Assembly (NCBI GenBank): GCA_951406725.2
Contig: OX597819.1
Location: forward strand, 133,982,001 to 134,046,000
Direction: 5' to 3'
DNA: 64,000 nucleotides
Source: Octopus vulgaris
Taxonomy: Eukaryota
This document shows, one piece after another, positions 14,202 to 28,617 of the stretch (positions are counted from its first letter, which is position 1; each line of letters opens with the position of its first letter). A program made the translations under genes and the position numbers. The notes under the pieces are model-generated. The model saw nothing but the letters and a program-made list of their open reading frames with translations, was not told the DNA's origin and did no database searches.

Positions 14202-15661
14202 AGACAAATATGTTGTTTTACCGAAATATTAGAAAGATAAAATTTGAAATCAGAATATTATGAATCTCGAATTGAAACAATGAAATGTTCTTAATTTCGG
14301 TATATTCATGTGCATGTATGTGTTTTTATGAACATGTATCTATGCATGTGTATATCTATGTGTGTACGTGTGTGTGTAATAATCTTTGAGGAAAGCGGCG
14401 CAGTTAAGATTGAGATCAGCAATAATAGAAAAAATAAGTTTGCTTTCTTGAACTTTTGCCGAAACGAATAAAGTAAATGGTTTGAAATAAGTTTTCATTT
14501 TCCAAAACCATCGTTAAAAACATTCAGTTAAATTATCAAGCTCGGATTGTTGAGAATATAACCTTAAAAACAGTAACTCATTAGGAAAGTAAACAAAAAT
14601 ACGATTATTTATTGGAAGATTTTTGGACGAGAAATGTAAGAAGAGAGTGTATGTCTATCCAACGGCAAGAGTTTAAAAAGATCAAAACAGCCAAATGTAA
14701 ATGATAAGATTTAATGACGCCTAACAATCAAGAGAAATGTTGAAATGATGCAATTTCCTGGCGGCTGTCGTTTTATTTTATCAAGCCACAAAGTTTTAAA
14801 AAATAAGATCATTCAGTAAAGGAAAGTAATTTTTTTACGCTTTCCATATTTTCACTTCGTCGCTTTCTCAAAGCTGTTTCTTTGCAATCAGCATTGAGTT
14901 GTGTCATTAAATCTAGCATCAGAGATGCCTTTAAACTATGTCATTGCGAGTATAATTAAGTCGCATGTTTATAATTACTCAAGGTTTTATAATATCCACA
15001 GCGACGTTGTGTCACTGGCTGTTTCAGTACAACAAAAACGGTACATACAAATATTATATCATTTCAACGACCATTGTAAAGTTTTATTACAACCATCACT
15101 GAACTGACGTATCACTCAGAGCTGTCTTACCACTGAGCTTATTCAGCGCTCGCCTGACTCATTGCAACGAACACTGAGCAGTTTCAATACAAGCTACAAA
15201 GTTGTGACCTTAAACGTAACTCTGACCCGACCCATTACGTCACCAGAGCAGTTTCTAAGCAACGATCACAACCACAACTGACCTGTGACAGTACAATTCC
15301 CACACTCACTTAAGTAAACCAACACTAACCTGAGATGTGTCATTCGAATCGTAGATCTGTCTTCACAGCAGCTGATTCGACGTAACACTACAACCAGGAC
15401 CGACTATGTCGAAACAGGCAACCGACGGTATATCACTGCAATGTCCTCCCCGCCACACTTATCTCACCTTTATTAATGCGAAGGAGAAAAGAGTCGACAT
15501 TCCATTCATCTTTACAGTATTCGACCAATTCTAAAAGTTTAAAATCATTTAAACTTTCTTCACCTGATGATTCAAACATATCCACCTGTGTGAACATGTA
15601 AGATTCACGAGTAAAGATATATAATATCTAAGAATAGGTTAAAATATTATATATGTATATA

Positions 15662-15701
<40 letters not shown>

Positions 15702-15734
15702 GTATTTATATAATATATACATATGTATACTCTT

Positions 15735-15860
15735 TTACTTGTTTCAGTCATTTGACTGCGGCCATGCTGGAGCACCGCCTTTAATCGAGCAACTCGACCC
15801 CGGAAATTATTCTTTTGTAAGCCCAGTACTTATTCTATCGGTCTCTTTTGCCGAAACGCT
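15735..15860 (-). mobile_element. SINE 3' fragment
   Basis: CTTGTTTCAGTCATTTGACTGCGGCCATGCTGGAGCACCGCC...CTTATTCTATCGGTCTCTTTTGCCGAAACGCT, a SINE-type tail between (TA)n tracts. Confidence 0.6.
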
Positions 15861-15874
15861 ATATAATATATGTA

Positions 15875-15917
<43 letters not shown>

Positions 15918-15933
15918 ATATAATATATATATG

Positions 15934-15964
<31 letters not shown>

Positions 15965-15972
15965 CTATATAT

Positions 15973-16147
15973 ACAACTTATAAACAAGGGCAAAAGAAAA
16001 ACATTCAAATGCCAAATATGCCGAAAATAGACAAGTCGTCAATAACCAGATAATTTATCGTGATAAATTATATGGTTATTGACGACTTGTCTATTTTCGG
16101 CATATTTGGCATTTGAATTTTTTCTTTTGCCCTTGTTTATAAGCTGT
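15973..16147. repeat. Near-perfect 175-bp palindrome in a (TA)n-flanked insert
   Basis: Arms ACAACTTATAAACAAGGG... / ...CCCTTGTTTATAAGCTGT, centre ATAATTTATC-GT-GATAAATTAT. Insert 15973-16215 has (TA)n on both sides. Confidence 0.9.
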
Positions 16148-16231
16148 CTATAAATGTAACCTTTAAAGGTATTTTTAATATGCTGGCCATTGATAGAATT
16201 GTTTTCGAAAAATTTTATCCTATATTAGATG

Positions 16232-16294
<63 letters not shown>

Positions 16295-16339
16295 ATTCGT
16301 TATCATATAATAATATAGTAAAGGCCATTGGCCAACATA

Positions 16340-16860
16340 ATGCAGCTGACCTGGAAAGAAAGATGTCACTGTTGCTTTAGCCTCGAGAAATATCGTTTCT
16401 CGCTGGCTATAAGACACAATATCTGTGTCCTCATTTTTTCGAACAGGGAGCTCAGCACTCTCACCTAGCGCAAAACAACATCTGTGGACTAGTTCCTGGT
16501 TTATTGCTCTTCACCAACACAGAGAAGCTGCTTGGCCAGGTGGCATTGCTGAATTCACCATACGAATAGACAGTTTTGGAAGTGACACACAGTCATTGAT
16601 CTAAAAATAGAAATACTTCTAAATGTCTCAAAGAGAGTCATTCAATAACAGTTCTTTAAAGTAAAGGCTATTTGTCAACATAATGTGGCTGTCCTGGACG
16701 TTACTGTTGTTTTGGCCCCAAGAAACATAGTTTCTAGTTGGCTACACCCCCTGCTGGAAAATATAAGGACACAGATATTGTGTCGTATAACCAGCTAGAA
16801 AAGATGTTTGGGAGGTGGGGCCAAAACAGCGATAACATCGTTCCTTCCAGAACTGTTACT
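16340..16860. mobile_element. Older degenerate relative of the 13728 foldback MITE
   Basis: CTGGCTATAAGACACAATATCTGTGTCCT (16404) resembles CTGGCTATAGACACACTTTCTGTGCCTT (13815). Its inverse AGGACACAGATATTGTGTCGTATAACCAG lies at ~16766. Confidence 0.55.
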
Positions 16861-17660
16861 GCATGTCTCTGAGAGATTTAGAAATAATAAATATAATAGT
16901 TTAATACAATATTAACGTATATAATAATGCATAACAATAAGTGGACACAGTAAACTATGCGTCCTTTCGTAAATATCTATCGAAAATTAATTTCATTTAA
17001 CTTTAAATCGGAATTAATTAGAATGACTAATTAAGATTAAATATGTCATATAAATCGACTTCAATGCAGTCACTTATGATTCTGTTTGATTTTAAAATTT
17101 TCTGAAATTAAATGAAAGATTTCCTTAAACGATAATAATTATCGATGAAAAAGCCATAAAAGTGGATTATCGATTCAGTAAAAGCTCGGAATGGCAGCAA
17201 GATGCTATTTTCTGAAAAAAATAGTCTCTCGGCAGATTATAAATTTTAAAATGTTATACTAATGCACATAATGAATAATGTTTTAAAATTAATTAATGAA
17301 CGAGATATTTATATTTAATCCAATTCGCCATGTTATACTTAATAATTCTATATAAAAAGAATTCAGTCGTCCACTCATGAGTCGCACAAGGATACATAAA
17401 TACATACAATATAACTGTGTTGGTATATTTCCATTCGAATCTTTGTTTCTAATCATTTCATACAAAGTAAAAATGGTTTGAATAATTGGAAGAGAAATTG
17501 ACATAACTTTGGCCGAGAAGTTTAAACATTTGGCAAAGCTGATCAAATAAAGAGCATTGGAGAAGTTTTCTTTCAATTTTTGTGAACATTTCATTCATGA
17601 GTGCTGTATTAGGGTAACTTCCCTCATGCAAAATACAGGAAAATGTGTGCAAGCGCAATA

Positions 17661-17830
17661 TATTTCTTTACTACCCACAAGGGGATAAACACAGAGGGAA
17701 CAAACAAGGACAGACAAACGGATTAAGTAAATTACATCGACCCCAGTGCGTAAATGGGACTTAATTTATCGACCCCGAAAGGATGAAAGGCAAAGTCGAC
17801 CTCGGCGGAATTTGAACTTAGAACGTAACG
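17661..17830 (-). mobile_element. SINE (3' two-thirds)
   Basis: TATTTCTTTACTACCCACAAGGGG...TTATCGACCCCGAAAGGATGAAAGGCAAAGTCGACCTCGGCGGAATTTGAACT, highly similar to 19228-19395. Confidence 0.85.
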
Positions 17831-18859
17831 ATATATAGTTGCTGTTTAGTCCCATGATGTGTGTGAGAGAGATAAAGAGAGAGAGAGAGAGAGAGCAACA
17901 TACAGAACTCAAGCAATAACAACATACGATAATACAATCAAAATAAAAACCTAAGCTCCATACTTGAACAGGGGCTGAATTTCTCCATCAGTTATCGAGA
18001 TCCAATAACAACAGAGAGGACACAGGAGCAGATATAATAGCATCACAACCAGATTTTCTGTCCATTCTCAAAATGTGACACTAACGTGTTGCGACAAACT
18101 GTTGACATTTTCTCTTACACGTGAGAAATGATCTCAGAACCCCCTTCCAAACACCTTCAATGAAAAGTACAAGAAACTCCGTTCAAACTTATTTTTATAA
18201 AAACCTTATTAAAAACGCATCCCATAAAAGTCATAATCAACTACAGTTCACAGAATTCATGAATTTATCAACAAAGAATTAGAATATTAAATGAAACGAG
18301 AAATAAGGAAAGTTTCCAACAATGCAGTTTTAAAAAGAAAACATATTTTGGGCGCAAAGACGTATCTTCAGAAGGATACGGTTAAAGAAATGTGTTTTTA
18401 GAAACATTTTGGAAACCGGATGATCAGTGACCCCGTTTTAGTCCGGTTCTTGTGCTAGTAGCAGCAGCTCCCCAAATGCTGGTGTTGTTGAGGTCGCATT
18501 GGGAATATTGGTGCAGGGGATGGAGGTGGAAGACAGGATGTAGGTTGGTAGCGGCGGTGGTGAAGACAGCTGTCAGTGGAGGGTGAAGGTCGTGGTGGTA
18601 GGTCAGTGATCGTAATAATAGTAAATGTCGTGGTGGTGGTGGTGGTGGTGGTGAGGGATGGCAAGGGGTGATGATGTGCTCTTGTCATAGTCGTTGGTGA
18701 GATGATGGCTGCCAACAACAGACATTCCTCATCGCAGCAGGCAATAACACTGGCAGAGGCTGTGGTAGCGGTGAATAAGGGGTAAAGAATATATCAGCCC
18801 AAATATTCAATAAAATCGTTGCAGAGGATCCTAAACAGATATTTCACAAGGTAATCAAT

Positions 18860-19478
18860 AATTTCGAGGGAGGGAGTGAAGTCGATTACATCGACCCCAG
18901 TGCACAGCTTGCACTTATTTTATCGATCCTGAAGGGATGAACGGTGATGTCGATCTCGGCGGAATTTGAACCCAAAACATAAAGATGAACGAAATGTCGT
19001 TATGCATCCACCCCACCCCCACCCCATGCTAACGGCTCGTCCCCCTTATGACGGGATAATATTCTTTTCCACCCTGGGCACAAGGCCTGAAATTTTGTGG
19101 GTGGAGGCCAGTCGATTAGATCCACCCCAGTACGCAATTGTTACTTAATTCATCGACCCCGAAAGGATGAAAGACAAAATCGACCTCGGTGGAATTTGAA
19201 CTCAGAACGTAAAGACTGATGAAATACCTATTTCTTTACAACCCACAAGGGGCTAAACACAGAGAGGACAAACAGGGATAGACAAAGGGATAAACGTCGA
19301 TTACATCGACCCCAGTGCGTAACTGGTACTTAATTTATCGACCCCAAAAGGATGAAAGGCAAAGTCGACCTGGGCGGAATTTGAACTCAGAACGTAACGG
19401 CAGACAAAATACGGCTACGTATTTCGCCCGGCGTGCTAACGTTTCTGCCAGCTCGCCGCCTTATGACGGGATAATATT
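18860..19478 (-). mobile_element. Three head-to-tail SINE copies; the inner dimer is flanked by an 18-bp direct repeat
   Basis: Three ATCGACCCC...GGAATTTGAAC units. TTATGACGGGATAATATT occurs at 19046-19063 and 19461-19478. Confidence 0.85.
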
Positions 19479-21580
19479 AAACGATAATAGCTTGGATTTC
19501 GGAAATTAAATACCTGATTCTACAATAGAGAAAAAGAGGAGTGCGACCACAAACACGTCAAAAAGCATACATATATGAGAAATAGAACTTAACATCCAGA
19601 TTCAGTAACTAAACAAGAAAACTGCTCATAAAATCCAACAAGGTCAAATATTTTCATTTTGCATCAGACCTTAAATAGTGTCAAAGACTCTGTCAGCAAC
19701 AGCATTTCACAAAACCATTTTTCCCAACCAGTAAACACGCTTACGAGGTTATTTTTCCCAAGTAAATCACCAAAAACTACGAAGAAGACAGAAATTTTAA
19801 ATTTTATGTAATTTTTATGCTACGGTTATTAAAAAAAATCAACAAGCAAAAGGAAAACTTTAAAACCCGATAAGCCCCTTTATATCGTTGGTATGGGTTC
19901 AATACCTGGTTGAAGTATAACATCTGAAATAATTGATCTGTTGGTCTCACCTTGCCGTTCGTTCAGCTCTCTATACTTTTATATATCACATTGTGTAATT
20001 AATCACTATTTTCTGTCATATTTTTAGATATTTTCATTCGTGCGAAAAGCTGTAAACAGTATTGAATAATTAAAGTTCTCAATTTATAAAAGTTTTCAAT
20101 TTAGATCGTTCTAGAATGATAGAGCATTATTTGGTATGATAATGGAGTCCAGATCCTACTGCGAACAACTTTAACTTCTCTCCTGGGGTCAACCAAGTCT
20201 TGGAGTCGATTAAATCGAAACTTTCTGACAAATTTCTGACCTTGTATTAGCAATCATTCTTTGGTATAATTTCTCAAATCGATATAAATTAATCAGTGAA
20301 TTAAATTGATTGAACCTATATTATATTTCATATTTTATTGAATGTCTGGGTTATTGTGCAAAATGATTATTATTCCCCTGACTAAGATTCTGTAACATGA
20401 TAATAGTTTTCTATAACCCCAAAGGATAAAATGAACCAGAGAGGAATGTTTTAATAATTACATCTATTTTGTAGATATAAATACTAATACATCTTTCACA
20501 AATGACCAGGTTAACAGTCCACAAAAATGTTAATCGTTTCCTTAATTTACATTTCAATCTTCAGGGTCTGGACTCGATTAAGCGTTGAGTAGTTAAACAT
20601 TTTAAAAACTCATTCCTGTTGCTTGGAATTTTAAGTTTTTATTTTTTCTATTTTTCAGGCATCCAAAATGTACGATTTCAGTTGTATCAGATAATACGTT
20701 AGAGACATCTCAATAATGTACAGTAAAGTGTGGACGAAAATTTGTGGAAATAACTGTGAGGAGCAAAAATATTCTTGTAAACACTGTTATTAAACGCATT
20801 ATAAATGTTGTTATATAACCTGATAAACTATCTCTGTGTGTGTTATTAATTTGATAAAACTCGTGTGGCTACTTATTTCATTTCTTGCTATTTAATTCCT
20901 TTCATCTAGGAATCATACGTTTCGCATCAACAATGAAACCCGTCAATATTTATACTTTGTATTGATTCGTCAAACACCGTTTCCCAAACAATCTCTTGTA
21001 CAGATTTTCTAATTACTTTCTCAGCACTCAAACTATTCCATTTGTATTGGCACATTTATATCTTTAAATCCTGAAACATTACAGTTCTTCTAGAATCTAC
21101 ATTATTCTTCAAAGCAAAATAAAAATCTAATCTCAAAATTAAACATTCTATTCTCGCTGTTATTTTCCGATCCACTTCAACTGTATAGCGCTAATAATCA
21201 ACTCTAGTTTAGGTTTCCCTCACATTGTACAACGACAATAAAGACCAGATCTTTTCTCAATTCAGCTGGAGGTTAGAAATGCATTTTCGATTTGGCAACT
21301 AAAGGGACCCGTCCCACAATCTCTGGAAAATACGCTGCACCATTCCGAATTTTTATTCATTTCAATTGCTTAATCAAAGGATGAAGGACAAGACGGTCCT
21401 TTTTAGGGTCTCTAAGCCTGGTACTAAGACAGATCTTATGTGGCAATAGACGTACCAACAATAACAATTTACCATTTTTGAGAGGGGTACGTGTTGCATA
21501 GGAGATCAATACCCGGGAATACATTAAACTGGTTCCTATATTATGCAATTTATAAGGGGTTCAGAAGATGTGATCTTACA

Positions 21581-21780
21581 AATGTAGTTTATATAATATG
21601 CTTAATAAAACGTGGTCTATAGAATTTGGTTTATACGACGTGATTTATATAATAAGGATTATGAAATGTGGTGTAAATAATGTGGTTTATACAATGTGAT
21701 TTATTTTGGTCTTTAAGATACGGTTCATAATATGTTGTGTATATCATATAAACCACATACTGTATCAGAGTGACTCGGTA
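21581..21780. repeat. Degenerate ~14-bp minisatellite (consensus AATGTGGTTTATAT)
   Basis: About 9 diverged units, e.g. AATGTAGTTTATAT, AACGTGGTCTATAG, AATTTGGTTTATAC, AATGTGGTTTATAC. One inverted unit near 21750. Confidence 0.65.
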
Positions 21781-22824
21781 TACGAAGAAAATATTTTCAG
21801 CAAAAATTATAAAATTAGCAGAATATGTGAACGATGAATCTGTGTAATTGTCGATGAAAGAATGTTAAATGCAACTCGACACGACATTAAGTGAAGGAAA
21901 TCGTCTCTTGAGTATGCAAAATAACGTCAAGATATATGTAACTTTAGAAACTGTCCACACCTAAACAAATGTTTTGCTCCTAAACGTAAGCATAACACGT
22001 TTAATGCTGTCATGTGGAAAAAAAGAAGGGAGTGACTATAAAAGGTTATCAGAGGATACAAAGTCTTTGCAATGCCAATCGTTGCCATAACAAACAGGAA
22101 TTGCGAATTTGAAGTAGAAACTAAAAAAAATTGAAAGCTGTGAGGTATAAAATAAAAATGCATGTAATTGAATGGGGGTTGAAGGTAAAACGTAGATCGG
22201 ATTTAGAGATATCAAACAAACACTATATACGATAATTCCATTATGTCAGCAATAAAAATTATATTGCATGGGTTACAAGCACCAAGTTTAACGCAATGTT
22301 GCTTGGCAGAGCAGCTCTCAATAAACGGAAGCAATAACATATTCCGGTGTAAAAGAATAGGAAAAGTGATTTCTCAAGCTCAGCCTATATTATCAAAACT
22401 GATAGACATCCTTTCGGTTTAGAGAGAGTTTAAAAACCCTAAATTAGTGATAAAATTTCAAGAAATGTATTAATTGACGCATTATACAGAACGTAATGCA
22501 TTCATTATAATTAATTCTAGAAAATCATTCTACAAATGGAGATTAAATATTTGCGTCTCTGCATTTTCTACAGATGAAAGTATGACCTAGGGGTCAAGTG
22601 CCAAAATTTTCCTCACTCTTCCTTCAAATCTAATACTCGCTCAAATCTGCTGACTCATCCTATCGCATTAGCCAGATAGACACATGATTTCGTTTCGAAT
22701 ACTGTCTCTTGACTGCTTAGTCTGTCTATCAGTCTGTCACTTTATACACACACCTATTCACATAAACACTGTTAAACATACACACATATACACGAACACG
22801 ATATATTTGAGCGTGTATGTGTCT

Positions 22825-22858
<34 letters not shown>

Positions 22859-23077
22859 CAGTTATTATTTTCAGCAGAGCCAAAACTTTAATAAGCATTG
22901 TTTTTCAGAAAAAAATCAGTTTGGAATTGTAGTGAAAAAGTTAGATAAATGTTTGTTTACTAAGAATACAAACATACATATTAGGGAATGACAGAATAAT
23001 TGTGGTTGTTTATCTTAAGATACCTTTTTTATCCTCAACTTCCTAGTTTTAATACATTTATAATACATACTATCATA

Positions 23078-23290
23078 TACGAGAGGGTAATGAAAAGTTC
23101 CTAGCTTTAAGGGTATCGCAAAAGGACTGGGTGGAGGCCCAACCTTCCGAGTTTTAGAAAACTGAAGGACCGCTGCAATAAGCGTGTGAATCTGAGAGGG
23201 AAATGTGTTGAACAAAATCCTAATTAACTGATCTTCTTGTGTTTTCTTTTACCCAAAAGCCTGGAACTTTTCAGCCCTACCCCTTCATAT
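23078..23290. mobile_element. Tc1/mariner-type MITE
   Basis: TIRs TACGAGAGGGTAATGAAAAGTTCCTAGCTTT and AAAGCCTGGAACTTTTCAGCCCTACCCTTCATA, with TA at both ends. Confidence 0.7.
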
Positions 23291-24600
23291 ATTTCATTAA
23301 TTGTATAAAATTAGGGAGTCTATTTAAGTGATGGATTGTAGTCATATATTACTGTAGGTATAACATTAAAATAAATTACTCTATTCACGCATTTATAAAT
23401 ATCTGTGATAAACAAATATCAAGCGAATCGCTTTTTCATACCATCAGGAAAGGAAGAATATATTTTGATATCCTCAATAACAGATGAGCTCTCATAGAAT
23501 TCTAAAGGATTATCTCATAAGATCATTAGCTTTAATACACTTTCTTATTAATAACTTTCTTGTAAGTGTACTCCGCTGTAATCTTTCATACCAAATTTGT
23601 TTTCTTAATATAATATTCTGCATCATATTTCCATAATTTGGAATAAAATTATGAAATTGCCATTATCTCGCATTTTAATTAACTTGTAAAATGATTTTCT
23701 ATTTCCATTGCAACTTATTTTATTTTTTTTCTAATGATAGAACACGAAATTATTATGCAACCAAAAGAAGACTATAGAGTGGATATTTTTAGTTTAAACT
23801 TTGGCATTTCTGTACATGAAATTAGGCGATTGGAGAATTCTATTGATTATATTCAGTTCAAAGAACATAAAATTAATATTCTGAGAAATGTGTCGGACAT
23901 ATTGCTGCTTCACGTAATCATTCGATTGCTAACAGACACAGGAATCACTTCCAAGTAACAACAGAAATTAATTTCTCTTTTTTTCAGATGTTTCACAACC
24001 ATTCACACAGTTCCAAACAAGTAACGTTGAGATGTAGATCCTTGTATGCTATACTAAATGCCATTTTATTCATATCTATGTTTAGGAGTCGTGAAACTTT
24101 ATCTGCGTGAATACACACACGCGCATACACACGCACACACACACATGCATACATACTAACACACAAACACACAAACATGAACACACAAGCACATGCATAT
24201 ATTTGTATATGCTTATACACACATACACATACATGCATACACATACATACGTACACATGTGTATGCACAAACACACGCATGCGTATAAAAACAAGAACTC
24301 AATTCCGATAACGGACAGAGTCAACGACCATTGAAAAGGTTGCAAGTCGCATCGAAACTTTTAGTAAAAATAAATGAGTGGAAATCGGTGAGTGTGTTAA
24401 TAAGGCACTAAAAGAGAATGACTCTCCCCAGACACAACAAAATAATGCTTCAACACACGAAATCACACAAAGAATCTTGCAAACCAAATACAAAAGCGAA
24501 ATATATAGTTTGATTTTATTCACCGTATTTTAAAGTTGTACGGTTAATACCGCACTAATTATTGGTGCTTCAACTTAAATACCAAATTCTTCTGAATCTC

Positions 24601-24708
<108 letters not shown>

Positions 24709-24834
24709 CAAGGTTATTTTATTCCACACACTAAGAAATATACAAAACATAGAAGTTTAAAATGCGAGAATAGTTTTAAAAGTTTTATTAATAATATATT
24801 TGAAGCTTCGGGCCTTGTGCCTAGAGCAGAAAAG

Positions 24835-25152
24835 AATACATTAGAAGCCTTAACCGGTTTCATAGTTTACACTGATTTTCAAAAAGCTCAAATAGAAAGA
24901 CGTGGCTTATGTCGCAGCTGTCTTGCTTCTGACAAGTGTTTGAAGCTTGCACTGTCTTTATAGGGTGTTCATGGCTCAGATTTGTATGTTTCAAAACATA
25001 TACTAATCTAAGCCATGAATACCCTATAAAAACAGTGCAAGCTTCAAACACTTGTCAGAGGCAAGACAACTGCGACATAAGCCACGTCTTTCTATCTGAA
25101 CTTTTTGAAAATCAGTGTAAACTGTGAAACCGGTTAAAGCTTTAAATGTATT
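24835..25152. mobile_element. Fold-back hairpin element carrying a variant hammerhead in each arm
   Basis: Arms of ~155 bp, inverted about ~24993, differing mostly by transitions. Lies between (TA)n(GA)n and (TA)n tracts. Confidence 0.85.
25099..25141 (+). ncRNA. Type I hammerhead ribozyme, U3-A8 core variant (mirror copy on minus strand ~24847-24889)
   Basis: CTTT-TTGAAAA-T-CAGT(GTAA)ACTG-T-GAAA-CCGG-TT-AAAG: stem I, core UUGANAA, GNRA-capped stem II, palindromic stem III. Confidence 0.6.
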
Positions 25153-25203
25153 AATGAAAAATATTTTAACTACTCTCAGTGCATTTTCCCCTTCGATTTT
25201 TCC

Positions 25204-25301
<98 letters not shown>

Positions 25302-26292
25302 CATATCGAAGGTAAATGGAAATGAATAGAAATTTTCACTTCCAGTGGTCTTAGCGTGTAAAAATTTAGTCCAAAGTCTATGTATTACTCATAAAATACA
25401 GAGTACATTTAAACGCACCAGGAATCCACTCATGGGATTCATCATGCTAGAAAGAACACCTAGGTTCCAAAACCACAAAACTAGGGATAAAATCCCGAGA
25501 GGAACGAAATGAAAAAATAGAAACCTTTACCATCTAGTTTCGTGGACCAATTGGTTTCTGATTTTAGTTTAGCAAATAAAATAATATTCGCTAGGTGAAA
25601 TCGTTAGATTAAATAAATAACGTCTTTATCATCAAATCAGAGTCACAAGTACTTCGCCAACTACTTGTTTAGGTTTCAAACCGATCTTCCGCAATGCGTT
25701 GATGTTGTATGGGAAATGCAACAGCCGACTTCAACGGCTATTTTTCGACAATAAGCCCTGGTATTTGCCCTTTTTTTTTCCGTTTGCTGACTAATGCCAA
25801 AACTGTTCTCTCATGACCCTGTAAGTTTAGTTACTAAGATGTTTTCTTTTCGTGCATTATATAGTAACACTACTTATGGAAAATAAATCACAAAGAAGCA
25901 AAGCTGATCACATTTACACAGCGGTATAAAGTTAGCACATTAAGCAACTGGGGCACCGAGACAGCGTCCATGAGATGAAATTTGTAAGGAGGCTTAAATG
26001 ATTCTGCTTACTAAATATATATGTTGCCCTGCTGCCAAAATAAAACTCTCGGGTTGAACAAGTTACGCAGCCTTTGTCCATCCATTCATCTCTTCTGGTT
26101 GCTAGCTCTGGTTATGTTTTAACGAAAGTCAAAACTAGTCACTCCAACCTACTGTCCTACATGTTAGGAGCCATGTGGTAACCACAATGTATCTTCTTAC
26201 AGCGAGACTAAATATATATTAATTAAATGTTCGGTTGTACTCTCTGCTTACAAATGTAATATATAATAAATTTATGTGTGCGTGTTTGAGTG

Positions 26293-26359
<67 letters not shown>

Positions 26360-26365
26360 GTAATA

Positions 26366-26418
<53 letters not shown>

Positions 26419-26419
26419 A

Positions 26420-26780
26420 TTATTGTATACAGTGCTCAGGTGCACCACAACTTGTCAAAAGTGCGTATAAAGTATATGCAGTAATGTACAAATGTCTGGA
26501 AACTGAGCAGTGTATGAGTCAGATACATGCTTGCTTGTGTATGGAGGGGAGAAAATCAGGTGTAGTGTTGGCGAATCTCAGGAAGCATGGAAGTTTTGAT
26601 GGATGCAGTGCTCCGACAACTAACAACTGATGCCGGCAGTTTGTTCCATGCCTCAGCAACTCTTAGCGTGAAAAAATGTTTCTGAAAGTCATGGGAGCTG
26701 TGCTGTTTTCTGACTTTGTATACATGTCCACGGGTGTTAGACAGGTGGAGTTTGAAAAGGTGCTCAGAGTTATTGTTAGT
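26420..26780 (-). pseudogene. CR1-clade LINE 3' end
   Basis: NTRGHVYKVRKQHSSHDFQKHFFTLRVAEAWNKLPASVV matches the CR1 C-terminal TRGH..KL....R.FFS.RVV..WN.LP motif. Followed by a (CAT)n(TAT)n tail. Confidence 0.85.
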
Positions 26781-27545
26781 AAGTATGTACATAAGTACGT
26801 ATATGTGTGTGTGTGTGGCAAACCAGAAACTAGGAATAAATACACAGATATAGCAGACGTAACATAAAACATGGAGTAGGAATTAATCGTTGAACAATTT
26901 CAAACTGGAAAATGAATTGATCACTCCTTATTCCTATGTTCCTTTGCAACAGACCGCAAATCGCACGAACAATATGGTGTGGCTGTCATCGTTTCATTCG
27001 TGAATGTTCTGAAACTTTAATGGATTTAGAAATGCTATTGTTCAAAACTAAATATATAGAATTAATAAATATAAATAGGAAAAATGTTCATTAGAACATC
27101 TAATAGCTGTCAAGTGGATTTTATATAAATTCCCGTTGAGTTTTCAATATATTAAACAATCCATTTTATACAGATTTCGAAGTACATTTCATGATATATT
27201 GCTTTATGTAACAATCATTTGCGTTATGTATATATTTTTTTTAATTAGCTAAAATCTTCCTAATGTATTATTTCTTAATATATAAATACTCGAAAGTTTA
27301 TGTACACAAATAATATATCATGCTGTTCTGTAAGTTTATAGAAACCACATGAAATCAATTATCTTTTATCATCAGGTATTTCATTAAATTCTGGTGGAAA
27401 CGAAAGAGTGAATAAAATAAGGTAAACATTCATTGAAACTAATCAAAGATGCAGATGGAGGTAGTTAAGAATTGCGTCGCGATGTAAATATATCATATCA
27501 AGTCACATGTGTTGTCTGTCTACTAAAGCATGTCTCTAGGAGATG

Positions 27546-28384
<839 letters not shown>

Positions 28385-28526
28385 CAATAAAGATTCAAGT
28401 TAATTTAAATGAATTTACTTGAATATGGTACCTAACTTAGATGCACCAAAAAAAACTATACTGATTTAACAATACAGTAATGTGGGGTGATTATAAGCGA
28501 GAATGAAGCAACAAGAATGGATAGGT

Positions 28527-28617
28527 TTTTAGTACAATCGTTTCATACAAGGACAGGTTTTATTAAAAGTTGCAAAGATTACAGCATATAAACGTGTCCC
28601 GTACTCATCAGCTAAAA
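28527..28617 (-). ncRNA. Type I hammerhead ribozyme in the 3' pseudo-LTR
   Basis: Reverse complement: TTTTAG-CTGATGA-GTACGGGACA...TGTCCTTGTAT-GAAA-CGATTG-TA-CTAAAA. Confidence 0.88.

Noticed and set aside
21357-21548. LKNGKL similarity to the Chapaev3 remnant at ~51825
   Set aside because: Too short, and neighbouring motifs are not in the expected order.
21581-21780. Spaced repeats as a CRISPR-like array
   Set aside because: Units are contiguous and degenerate with no spacers; eukaryotic context and no cas genes.
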